Source: an uncultured Thermoleophilia bacterium (lineage in GTDB: Bacteria; Actinomycetota; Thermoleophilia; UBA2241). Taken from it: a stretch of DNA of 64,000 nt. How positions within the stretch are numbered: the stretch's first letter is position 1; every line of letters begins with the position of its first letter. Location of the stretch: positions 96,001 to 160,000 of the forward strand of contig CAVQSP010000013.1 in assembly GCA_963715985.1 (NCBI GenBank). The letters are read 5' to 3'. Below, piece by piece: positions 1 through 9,006 of the stretch. The position numbers were made by a program, and so were the translations under genes. The notes under the pieces are model-generated. The model saw nothing but the letters and a program-made list of their open reading frames with translations. It ran no database searches and was not told where the DNA came from.

Positions 1-222
1 CCATCACGGCTCAGCCCCTCGGCCAAGGTCGTGCTGCAGGTCAAGAATGTCGGCAGCGTGGTCAAGACCAAGACCCTGAGAAGCGTGCCCATGAACACGA
101 CGGAGACCTACAGCTTCAGGGTGACGCTCAACAAGGGCTCCCACCGCTGGTCCCTCTCCGCCACCGATCTCGCCGGCAACACGCAGGCCGACGTCGACAT
201 GGTCTCGTTCAAGGTGAAATGA
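1..222 (+). CDS. 3' end of secreted Ig-like protein (paralog of the proteins at 2256 and 4218), truncated by window edge
   Basis: Frame open from base 1; ends WSLSATDLAGNTQADVDMVSFKVK*, matching the C-termini WYVYATDLAGNTQ..KLxVK* of the two downstream paralogs. Confidence 0.8.
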   Translation, partial: PSRLSPSAKVVLQVKNVGSVVKTKTLRSVPMNTTETYSFRVTLNKGSHRWSLSATDLAGNTQADVDMVSFKVK

Positions 223-248
223 GCGCGTCTTGGACCCGCTGAGTGGAC

Positions 249-278
249 GGGGGCGGCGGTCGAAGGGCCGCCGCCCCC
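249..278. terminator. GC-rich hairpin between convergent genes (GGGGGCGGCGGT-CGAAG-GGCCGCCGCCCCC)
   Basis: Inverted repeat between stop codons at 222 (+) and 285 (-); same stem family as 5808 and 33729. Confidence 0.7.
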
Positions 279-284
279 GGCGCG

Positions 285-2045
285 TCAGCGGTCGCCGATG
301 CAGTACAAGCTGCCGTCGCGCGAGCCGACGAAGATCCGCCCCTTCCACATCACGGGCGTGCTCTCGAAGGCGCCGCCACCGGAGAAGGTGGCCTTCTCGA
401 CGACGGCCACGGTGAACCAGTCGCCGCCCGGGCTCTTGAGCGCGCCTTCGTCTCCCTTCCCGGCTGCGTGCCACTTCACCTTGTAGAGGTGGACCTGGTT
501 GTCGTAGCCGGCAGCCACGATGGTGTCGTCCACCATGATGGGCGTCGAGATGCCGCCGCCTGTGGAGAACTGCGCCACGACTTTGGGTGTGGGATAGGGG
601 CCGTCGAGGTTCGGGCCCGGGACCGTGTTGCCCGCTTTGGCGTCCTGCGCCACCACGTAGAGGTTGCCGTCGATGGCCATGAAGGCGGCCAGGCGGGGCC
701 GGCGGCCCCATGGGTCGTAGGCGTCGTTGACCGCCACCGACCCGATCACGCCGCCGGCCCAGTCCTCCAGCTTGTGGTCGCCGGTGGGGAAGAACCACTT
801 CACTGCGGCCGAGCCCGCCTTCTTCGGATCCAGCATCAGCACCCCGCCGTGGCCCTGGATGTACTGCTTCTCCACGGCCACGAGCAGCCGGCCCGAGGCG
901 GTCGGCACCGGCGTGCCGTCCAGGTCCGAGCCGGTGCGGTAGTCCCACACCACCTTGAGGTCGCTGCGGCGCATCCCGTACACGTGGCCGGACCCCGAGC
1001 TGATGTACACCTTGCCGTCCAACAGGCTCGGCGACGCCTCGAGCACGAGGTTGCCGCCGTGGGCGGTGGCGTCCTGCGGGTCGCCGATCAGGAGCCTCTC
1101 CGCGACGATCTCCGGGGTACGGTAGCCGTTCCACGCCGTGGTCCTGAAGGGGTCGAGCTTGTAGAACCAGCCGCTCTCGACCCCCGAGAACATGCGCTTG
1201 TTGTAGAAGAACCCGCTGCCGTCCACGTCGCGGCTGTAGCTCGCCGTCAGCGGCACGGGCAGGCGCCACACCTCCTTGCCCGTGCCGAACGAGACGGCGC
1301 GGTACGGCGCCAGCGCGGGATCGGTGAAGCTGGACGGCCAGCCGCGCCGAGAACCTGCGAGCACGAGGTACCTGTCGCTCTCGACGTCGGGCCGCGGGTC
1401 TTCGATCACCGTCGGGCTGCTCTTGATGATGTCGTCGAAGGCGTACTCCCACACAACGCGCCCGGTCTCGAGCTCGATCTTGTGCAGGTTGTGGTCGAAA
1501 CCGCCGGCCAGCAGGTACAGCGTGCCCTGGTCGCGCACGATGACGGGCTGGCCCGTCCAGCCCATGCCCGACCAGGGGAGGTTCTTCTTCTTGGGGTCGA
1601 CGGGTGCGGTCAGACCGCTGCCGATGGTCGTCTTCCAGATGAGGTCAAGGTGTCTGGGCGGCGGCCCCAGCCCGTACACCCGCCTCGTCTCGTCGCCGAG
1701 GAACGTCGACACCTTGACGCCGTCGCCGGAGGAGGCGATCGGCGGGGGCGGGTCGACGGCGACGGGGCCGGGAAAGACGACGGCGTCGAGGACGGGCCGG
1801 CCTGCGGCCGGGGACGCCTCGCCGCCCCCGCCGGCACCCGCGGTCGCGCCATCACGTCCGGCGACGCTGTGCCACGCGTCCTGCGCCAGGCCCGTGCCCA
1901 CCACGACGCCGGCGGCCGCGACCACCACGATGAGGGCGATGAGCGTGCTGCGCCTGCGTCTGAGAGTCCGCCGGCGCATCTCCTGCGCGCCTTCGCTCAC
2001 GTAGACGCGGTAGGGGGGCCGCCGGTGTGCACGCTGGCCGGTCAC
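285..2045 (-). CDS. Membrane-anchored PQQ-like (BamB-type) beta-propeller repeat protein
   Basis: Basic N-terminus plus TM helix; repeats such as SSPTV, ASPSLLDGKVYISSGSGHVY and STPVMWKGRIFVGSRDGSLYC; alternative start ATG at 1979. Confidence 0.8.
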   Translation of the reverse strand: MTGQRAHRRPPYRVYVSEGAQEMRRRTLRRRRSTLIALIVVVAAAGVVVGTGLAQDAWHSVAGRDGATAGAGGGGEASPAAGRPVLDAVVFPGPVAVDPPPPIASSGDGVKVSTFLGDETRRVYGLGPPPRHLDLIWKTTIGSGLTAPVDPKKKNLPWSGMGWTGQPVIVRDQGTLYLLAGGFDHNLHKIELETGRVVWEYAFDDIIKSSPTVIEDPRPDVESDRYLVLAGSRRGWPSSFTDPALAPYRAVSFGTGKEVWRLPVPLTASYSRDVDGSGFFYNKRMFSGVESGWFYKLDPFRTTAWNGYRTPEIVAERLLIGDPQDATAHGGNLVLEASPSLLDGKVYISSGSGHVYGMRRSDLKVVWDYRTGSDLDGTPVPTASGRLLVAVEKQYIQGHGGVLMLDPKKAGSAAVKWFFPTGDHKLEDWAGGVIGSVAVNDAYDPWGRRPRLAAFMAIDGNLYVVAQDAKAGNTVPGPNLDGPYPTPKVVAQFSTGGGISTPIMVDDTIVAAGYDNQVHLYKVKWHAAGKGDEGALKSPGGDWFTVAVVEKATFSGGGAFESTPVMWKGRIFVGSRDGSLYCIGDR

Positions 2046-2255
2046 GATGTGGCAAGGGTATCATCGGCCGCTCCCGCTGCGCGCCTGGCCGAGCGGGCTG
2101 CGCCCGCCTGGAGCCGTGCAACGGTGGCGCCTCGCAACCATGGGGGTACTATCTCCTTATGTGGCGGCCCCAGGGGCCGCGTGGGGTGGCCGCCGTTCGT
2201 TCGCGGCGTGTCCGCCCCTGTGGCGCCGCCGAGGGTATCCACAGGAGGAGGAGTC

Positions 2256-4066
2256 ATGGGGAAACGGTTAGCGTTCATTCTGGCGCTCGTGGCCGCGGTG
2301 CTGCTGCTGGTCGCGCCGGCGGCCTTGGCGGCCATCGATGTGACCGACATCTCGCCGGGCTCGGGGGAGAGGGGCTGGACGGTCGACTGCACGGTGTACG
2401 GCAGCTTCCATCACCCTCTCGGCATCAACGTGGACCTTCCGGAGTTCACGCTCGTCCACCCCGGTCACACCATCACGGGGACGACGACGGGCATCAACGC
2501 TACCGGCACGCGGGCCTACGTCACGTTCAACATCCCGGCGCTCGCGGACCTCGGCTGGTACACCCTGGAGGCGAGCCAGTACTACGGCCCGTTCCCGACG
2601 CCGCCCGACACTGACTCGCTCGACCGTACGCGTTCCAGGTCATGATCGGTGGTCCCGACATCACCGGCACGAATCCCACCGCAGTCATGGCGGGCAGCGG
2701 TTCCTTCATGCTGACGGTGTACGGCGACCACTTCCGCTCGAGCTCCCCCGGGTACTACGGCTCCGCGATCGAGTGGAACGGCGTCCATATGGACACCACC
2801 TACTACTCGACGACGACGCTCACGGCGTTCATCCCGGCCTCGGCTGTGGCCTACCCCGGGACCGTCGGGATCGTGGTCCACAACGTGAGCGACGGCACGC
2901 TCAGCAATACCTGGTCCTTCAACGTCGCCGCGGCGCCCCCGACGATCAGTGCCCTCTCCCCGTCCTCGACGGCCGCGGGTGGGCCTGCCTTCTCGCTCGG
3001 GGTCACCGGCTGGAACTTCGTCACCGGGCCCTATGGCGCCGTCGTGCGCTGGAACTCCACCGACCTGGCAACGGTGCGCGACTCGAGCACGCATCTGACG
3101 GCGACCGTGCCGGCGTCGCTGATCGCCACCGTCGGGACCGCGACGATCACGGTGCGCAACGGACCGGGTGGATACCAGGTCTCCAACGGTCTCACGTTCA
3201 CGGTCGTCAACCCCACCCCGGTGATGGGCGCCATCAGCCCGACCTCCGTGTGGGCCGGCTACGTGAAGAACGACGTCGTGCTCACGGTCACCGGCAGCAA
3301 CTTCATCAACGGCGCCCGCATCGTGCTCAGCGGCGGCGAGAAGACAGGCACCACCTTTGTCGGTGCAACGCAGCTGACGGTGCCGCTGGCGGCGGCAGAC
3401 ATCGCCGCTGCCGGCACGCTGATGGTGAGCGTCAAGAACCCGCCCTTCCCGCCCGGGTACCCGAGCGCCGGAGCCCTGCCGCTCACGGTGCAGGCCGAGT
3501 CCACGACCCCCATGGTGACGATCAGCGGTGCCGACACTGCTTGGCACAACGCGCCGGTGCCCCTGACCTTCACCGCCACCGACGCCCAGTCCGGCGTGCA
3601 GAAGGTGCAGTACATGGCGCCACCGACGGTGGGCAGCTGGACCGACGGCACGTCCTACACGGTGCCGACCTCCGCGCAGGGTGCCATCACCGTCTCCGTG
3701 CAGGCGCTGGACTGGTGCAACAAGGTCGGCACGGCCAGCGCCACCGTCAACATCGACACGACCAAGCCCAAGACCGCGACGCACGGCGGCGAGACGGTCC
3801 AGCAGGGCAAGGGGGCGAGGTTGGACTACAGCGCCAGCGAACCATCCAACCTCAGCCCGAAGGCGAACGTGGTCATCAAGATCGAGCGCAACAACGGCTC
3901 GACGGCGCAGACCATCCGCAAGAACAACGTGGCCATGAACGCGAAGCACACGGCCTACTTCACGTGCAACCTCGCCAAGGGCACCTACACGTGGTACGTC
4001 TACGCCACTGACCTGGCCGGCAACACGCAAGCCAACATCGCCCACGCGAAGCTCAAGGTCAAGTGA
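2256..4066 (+). CDS. Secreted IPT/TIG-domain (Ig-like repeat) protein; frameshift near 2630
   Basis: RBS AGGAGGAG, ATG 2256, signal peptide MGKRLAFILALVAAVLLLVAPAALA; continues in ORF 2642..4066 with P(T/V)IxxxxP...LTVTGSNF IPT repeats. Confidence 0.8.
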
Positions 4067-4091
4067 GCTTCGCCTGAAGACCGCGGGTGCG

Positions 4092-4121
4092 GCGGGGGGA
4101 GGCCGTGAGGCCTCCCCCCGC
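4092..4121 (+). terminator. Hairpin GCGGGGGGAGGCC-GTGA-GGCCTCCCCCCGC
   Basis: Perfect 13-bp stem 25 nt after stop at 4066. Confidence 0.7.
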
Positions 4122-4217
4122 TCTGAAGGATTCCCTCGGTCTGCCGATGGAGGTCAGGTAAGCTTGCTCTGCTGGAGGGTCGGTCCCGGGACGCCCGGGC
4201 CGTGTCAAGGAGGAGCC

Positions 4218-5754
4218 ATGAAGAGACGCGCCCTGTTCGTCCTCGTCTGCATCGCCGCACTACTGGTGATCGCCGTCCCTGCAGCGCAGGCCGACGAGTA
4301 CATGTACGTCGGCGGCATCACTCCCAACAGCGGGTACACCGGCACGACCTCGACTTACGTCGTGACGGCGAACTATCTCACCCCCATCGGTCCGCTGAAC
4401 CTCACGCCTCACATCTGGCTGGCCAACGGCTTCACGACGATCGACGGGTATGGTGTTGCCCTCGTCGGTCCCACATCGGCCGCCGTGATGTTCACGATTC
4501 CGAACGACGCGCCCGCAGGTCTCTACGATCTCCACGTCCAGCAGACCTCGGGATTCCTCAGCTACTCCGGCATGCGGGTCAGCATGTTCACGGTGCAGCA
4601 GCGCCCGGTGATCACCTCGCTTGACCCGGCCAGCGTCGCGGCGGGTTCCGGCGACCTGACCCTCACCGTCAACGGCGCCAACTTCATTCAGATCTACTCG
4701 CCGCAGCCTCGCCAGTCCGTGCTTCGGGTCAACAGCACGATCGTCAGCACCACCTACGTCTCGGCGAACAAGCTGACGGCGACCATCCCCGCGGCCCTGC
4801 TTGCCTCGCCCGGCACCCTGCAGCTCGTCGTGATCAACACCGGCACCAAACCCGATCCCGAGGTCCAGAGCGAGCCGTTCCCCTACACGGTCAAGGCGCC
4901 GGCCGCGCCGGTGTTGACCTCGATCTCCCCGACCTCCGTGTGGGCAGGCTCTGTGAAGAACGACGTTCTGACGGTCACCGGCAGCGGCTTCGTGAGCGGC
5001 GCCCGCATCACCCTGAACGGCGTCGACAAGTCATCCACCACGTTCGTGAGCGCGACGCAGCTCACGCTTCCTCTCGCCGCGGCCGACATCGCCACCGCGG
5101 GCACGATCACGGTGGGTGTCAAGAACCCGCCCTTCCCGCCGGGCACCCCGAGCGCCGCGACCGCGCCGCTCGCGGTCCAGGCCGAGACGAGCACGCCGGT
5201 GGTGACCATCAGCGGCGCCGACACCGCCTGGCACAACGCCCCGGTCCCGCTCACCTTCTCCGCCACCGACAGCCAGTCGGGCGTGCAGAAGATCCAGTAC
5301 ATGGCGCCTCCGGGTCGTGCCCGCCTGGACCGACGGCACCTCGTACACCGTGCCCACTACCTCGCAGGGTGCGATCAGCGTGAGCGTCCAGGCGCTCGAC
5401 TGGTGCAACGCTGCCGGCACGGCCGGCGCGACCGTCAACATCGACACGACCAAGCCGGGGACCAAGACCCGCGGCGCCGCCACGGTCAAGAAGGGCAACA
5501 CGGCCAAGCTCAAGTACCGCGTCACGGAGCCCTCCGGCCTCAGCCCCACGGCCGACGTGGTGATCAAGGTCAACGACAGCAAGGACAAGACCGTGAAGAC
5601 GGTCACGGTGGGCGGCGCGAAGGTGAACGCAGACCTCGCCGCGACCTTCACCTGCAACCTCAAGAAGGGCACGTACAAGTGGTACGTGTACGCCACCGAC
5701 CTGGCCGGCAACACGCAGGAGAACATCGCCCACGCGAAGCTCACAGTGAAGTGA
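4218..5754 (+). CDS. Secreted IPT/TIG-domain protein, paralog of 2256..4066; frameshift near 5313
   Basis: RBS AAGGAGGAG, signal peptide MKRRALFVLVCIAALLVIAVPAAQA; C-terminal half nearly collinear with the paralog; ends in ORF 5317..5754. Confidence 0.8.
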
Positions 5755-5807
5755 CGGCGCCGGGGGAGGTCGCGCCTGCGGCGTCTCCGGCGTACGACAC
5801 TGAGTCT

Positions 5808-5836
5808 GGGGGCGGCGGCCGAAAGGCCGCCGCCCC
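5808..5836 (+). terminator. Hairpin GGGGCGGCGGCC-GAAA-GGCCGCCGCCCC
   Basis: 12-bp stem with GAAA loop downstream of stop 5754. Confidence 0.7.
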
Positions 5837-5851
5837 TTCTGTCGGCTGGGG

Positions 5852-5857
5852 TAAGCT
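5852..5857 (+). promoter_or_regulatory. -10 hexamer TAAGCT for leaderless selD mRNA
   Basis: TANNNT 6 nt before ATG 5864, no Shine-Dalgarno. Confidence 0.5.
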
Positions 5858-5863
5858 TGCAGA

Positions 5864-6979
5864 ATGACCGACAAGATCCGCCTCACACAGTTCGCAGCCA
5901 AGAGCGGTTGAGCGGCCAAGCTGGGTCCGTGCGACCTGCAAGCCGTTCTCGACGCTCTCCCGCGCAGCTCACCTGAGTTCGCGCGGTTGCTCGAGACGCG
6001 CGACGACGCCGCCGTCACGCGCGTCTCCGACGACCTCTGCCTGGTGCAGACGGTCGACTTCTTCACGCCCATCGTCGACTCGCCGTACTGGTTCGGCCAG
6101 CTGGCGGCGGCCAACGCGCTCAGCGACGTGTATGCAATGGGCGCCCGGCCGCTGACGGCCATGAACCTCGTGGCCTGGCCGTCGGACCTCGACATGAAGC
6201 ACCTCGCCGAGGTGCTGCGGGGCGGCGCCGAGAAGGTCATCGAGGCCGGCGCCGATCTGGCGGGGGGGCACTCGATCGACGACAAGGAGCCCAAGTACGG
6301 CCTCGCCGTCACCGGCGTGGCGCGCCCGGACGAGATCGTGTACAACTCCGGCGCCCAGCCCGGCGACCTGCTCGTGCTCACCAAGCGCATCGGCATCGGT
6401 GTGCTGGCGAGCGCACTCAAGAACGGCGTCATCAGCGAGGACGAGATGATGCCGGCCATCCTGGAGGCGGCGGTGCTCAACGCCGCCGCCGCCGAGGCCA
6501 TGGCCGAGGTGGGCGTGCACGCCTGCACCGACGTGAGCGGCTTCGGCCTGCTCGGCCACCTCGGCGAGATGCTGGACGCCGGCGCCGTGGCGGCCGAGGT
6601 GGACGTCGAGGCCGTGCCGCTGCACCCCGGCGTGCTCGACCTCATCGCGCACAGCGTGTACGCCGGGGGCCTGCGCAGCAATCGCGACTTCCTGCTGCCG
6701 CGGTTGCGGACGGCCGGGGAGGCCGGCGCGGAGCCGCGAGGCGCCGGCCGGGCGTCCACCGGCTCCGGCGGCGACGGGCCGTTCGCGGGTCCGCCTGCCG
6801 CCCAGGACCCGCGCGTCCTGGCGCTCTTCGACCCGCAGACGTCGGGCGGCCTGCTCATCGCCGTGGCCGCCGAGCGGCACACCGCGCTGCTCGCCGCCCT
6901 CGACGCTCGCGTCGTGCCGTCGTGGACGGTCGGTCGCGTCACCGCAGCGACTCCCGGCGACGTCACTCTGCGCGTCTGA
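5864..6979 (+). CDS. selD: Selenide, water dikinase SelD; itself a selenoprotein (UGA=Sec at codon 16, 5909-5911)
   Basis: MTDKIRLTQFAAKSG-UGA-AAKLGP matches the SelD G(C/U)xxK motif, in frame with ORF 5987..6979 (DDAAV, QTVDFFTP, ANALSDVYAMG, GGHS, TDVSGFGLLGH, DPQTSGGLL). Confidence 0.95.
5912..5947 (+). promoter_or_regulatory. Putative bacterial SECIS hairpin of selD
   Basis: Directly after the UGA: lower stem GCGGC/GCCGT, upper stem GGTC/GACC closing a G-containing loop CGTGC. Confidence 0.6.
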
Positions 6980-7015
6980 CATGCCTTCGCCCTTCGCCCC
7001 CCGCACGGCCACGCC

Positions 7016-7570
7016 GTGAGTCCCGAGCGCAAGCCCGGCGACCCCGGCTGGAAGCCCAGCGAGGAGGACATCGCAGCCGCGCAACGTCCCCAGGCCGGAC
7101 TGATCCTGCGCGCCGTCTCCGTGATCCCGTTCATCGCGCTCGGCGTGATCGGCGTGCTCGCGCTCGTCGCCTGGGCGGCCGTGTTCGTCTTCGGTGTGGG
7201 CAACAGCAACGGGGCGGTGTGGACGTGGGCGCGCGGCAAGCCGGCCGGCGAGGTCATCGTCCAGGTCGCGGTGATGCTCCTGATCGGGGTGGCGTGCGCG
7301 GCGGTCGCCGGCCTGGCGATCTTCGCCACCGGCTACGGAGTCAAGCCGCGGCAGCCGTGGTACTTCTGGCCGGCTGCCCAGACCGTGTTCGGCGTCCTCC
7401 TCATCCTTCTGGTCGTAGGAGGCAGGAAGTACCCTGCGGCGATGGAGGACCTGGGTCTCACCGGCCTGGAGTGGTGGTTCCTGTTCCTCTGGCTCGCCTT
7501 CTCGATGGTCGTAGCGGGACTACGCATGCGTCGCCGTGGGCATGACGGGGGGGATGGCACCCATGGCTGA
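7016..7570 (+). CDS. Uncharacterised 4-TM membrane protein inside the sel operon
   Basis: Four hydrophobic segments; stop overlaps the selA start by 8 nt. Confidence 0.75.
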   Translation: MSPERKPGDPGWKPSEEDIAAAQRPQAGLILRAVSVIPFIALGVIGVLALVAWAAVFVFGVGNSNGAVWTWARGKPAGEVIVQVAVMLLIGVACAAVAGLAIFATGYGVKPRQPWYFWPAAQTVFGVLLILLVVGGRKYPAAMEDLGLTGLEWWFLFLWLAFSMVVAGLRMRRRGHDGGDGTHG

Positions 7571-8996
7571 GAAACGGGGAGCTGCCGACGGGCGGCAGGC
7601 GCGTCTGCGCGCCTTGGCGGCCGTCGACGAGGTGCTGCGCGAGCCGGCCGCCGAGGAGCTGCTGGAGCGCTACCCGCGCGAGCTCGTGGTGGATGCGGTG
7701 CGCGCCGTCATCGAGCGCCTGCGCGCGGACATCCTGGCCGGGGAAGAGGCCGGCGAGGGCTCCGCCGCCAAGGCGGCGGGTCTCACGCCGGCCGACCTCG
7801 TGCCCTGGGCGGCGCGACTATTGGAGACGGCCGTCACGCCTTCGTTGCGCCGCGTCATCAACGCCTCCGGCGTGGTCGTCCACACCAATCTCGGGCGGGC
7901 GCTGCTGCCGCGCGAGGCCGTCGAGGCCGTCGTCACCGCCGCCTCCGGCTACACCGACCTGGAGTTCAGCCTGGCGCGCGGCGAACGCGCCTCGCGCCAG
8001 GACCACGTTCACGACGTCCTCTGCACGGTGACCGGCGCGGAGGACGCGCTGGCCGTGAACAACAACGCGGCGGCGGTGCTGCTGGCGCTCGCCGCCACCG
8101 CGCGCGGCGGCGAGGTACTCGTGGCGCGCGGCCAGCTGGTGGAGATCGGCGACGGCTTCCGCATCCCCGACATCCTGCGTGAGAGCGGCGCCGAGCTCGT
8201 CGAGGTCGGCACCACCAACCGCACGTACCTCAGGGACTTCGAGAGCGCTTGGACCGACCGCACGCGCGCCGTGCTGCGCGTCCACACGAGCAACTACCGC
8301 ATCGTCGGGTTCACGGCGGAGCCCTCGCTCGAGGAGCTCGCCGGGCTCGCGCACGAGCACGGCGCAGTGCTCGTGGACGACCTCGGCAGCGGGGCCCTGG
8401 CGGGTCTGCCTCTGTTCGCGGAAGAGCCGTCGCTGCAGGACAGCGTGGCCGTCGGCGCCGACATCGTCACGTTCAGCGGCGACAAGCTCCTGGGCGGCCC
8501 ACAGGCCGGCGTGGCCATCGGCCGCGCGGAGGCCATCGGGGCGATGCGCCGTCACCCGCTGGCCAGGGCGCTGCGCATCGACAAGCTTGACCTGGCGGCT
8601 CTCGACGCCGTCCTCCGCCTGTACCTGGACCCGCAGGCTGCGCTGGAGCGGATCCCGACCCTGGCGGCGCTTGCGGCGCCCGCGCAAGAGGTCCGCGCCC
8701 GCGCCGGGCGGCTGCGCGACCTGCTCGAGGCCCGAGGCGTGGGCGCGGATCGGCTGGGCCTCGAGGACTCTGTGGCTCGCGCCGGAGCCGGCGCGCTGCC
8801 CGTGACCGAAGTGCCGAGCACGGCGGTGTCTGTCGACGCCGGCGACGACGCCGACGGCGTCGCCACGAGGCTGCGCCTGGGAGCGCCGGCCGTCGTGTGC
8901 CGCGTGCACGAGGGCCGCATCCTCCTCGACGTGCGCGCCGTCGGCGAGCACGAGCTCGCGGACCTGGCCGCCGCGGTGGCCGCTGCGGTCGCCTGA
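7563..8996 (+). CDS. selA: L-seryl-tRNA(Sec) selenium transferase
   Basis: VINASGVVVHTNLGRA, VNNNAAAV, RGQLVEIG, VEVGTTNRT, FSGDKLLGGPQAG (PLP lysine). Confidence 0.95.
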   Translation: MAEKRGAADGRQARLRALAAVDEVLREPAAEELLERYPRELVVDAVRAVIERLRADILAGEEAGEGSAAKAAGLTPADLVPWAARLLETAVTPSLRRVINASGVVVHTNLGRALLPREAVEAVVTAASGYTDLEFSLARGERASRQDHVHDVLCTVTGAEDALAVNNNAAAVLLALAATARGGEVLVARGQLVEIGDGFRIPDILRESGAELVEVGTTNRTYLRDFESAWTDRTRAVLRVHTSNYRIVGFTAEPSLEELAGLAHEHGAVLVDDLGSGALAGLPLFAEEPSLQDSVAVGADIVTFSGDKLLGGPQAGVAIGRAEAIGAMRRHPLARALRIDKLDLAALDAVLRLYLDPQAALERIPTLAALAAPAQEVRARAGRLRDLLEARGVGADRLGLEDSVARAGAGALPVTEVPSTAVSVDAGDDADGVATRLRLGAPAVVCRVHEGRILLDVRAVGEHELADLAAAVAAAVA

Positions 8997-9006
8997 GCGA
9001 GCTCCC

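Noticed and set aside
243-2255. Long alternative-frame and antisense ORFs (243..2645, 10874..13864, 13894..16308, 27246..30185 and others)
   Set aside because: Arg/Gly/Ala-rich shadow ORFs expected at high GC opposite well-supported genes; they lack recognisable motifs.
3240-5754. Paralogous repeats as diversity-generating-retroelement template and variable repeats
   Set aside because: No reverse transcriptase in the window, and the differences are not adenine-specific; ordinary gene duplication.
6700-6810. Gly/Ala/Pro-rich insertion in SelD as an intein or extra domain
   Set aside because: Only about 25 aa, low complexity, no intein terminal motifs; likely a surface loop expansion.
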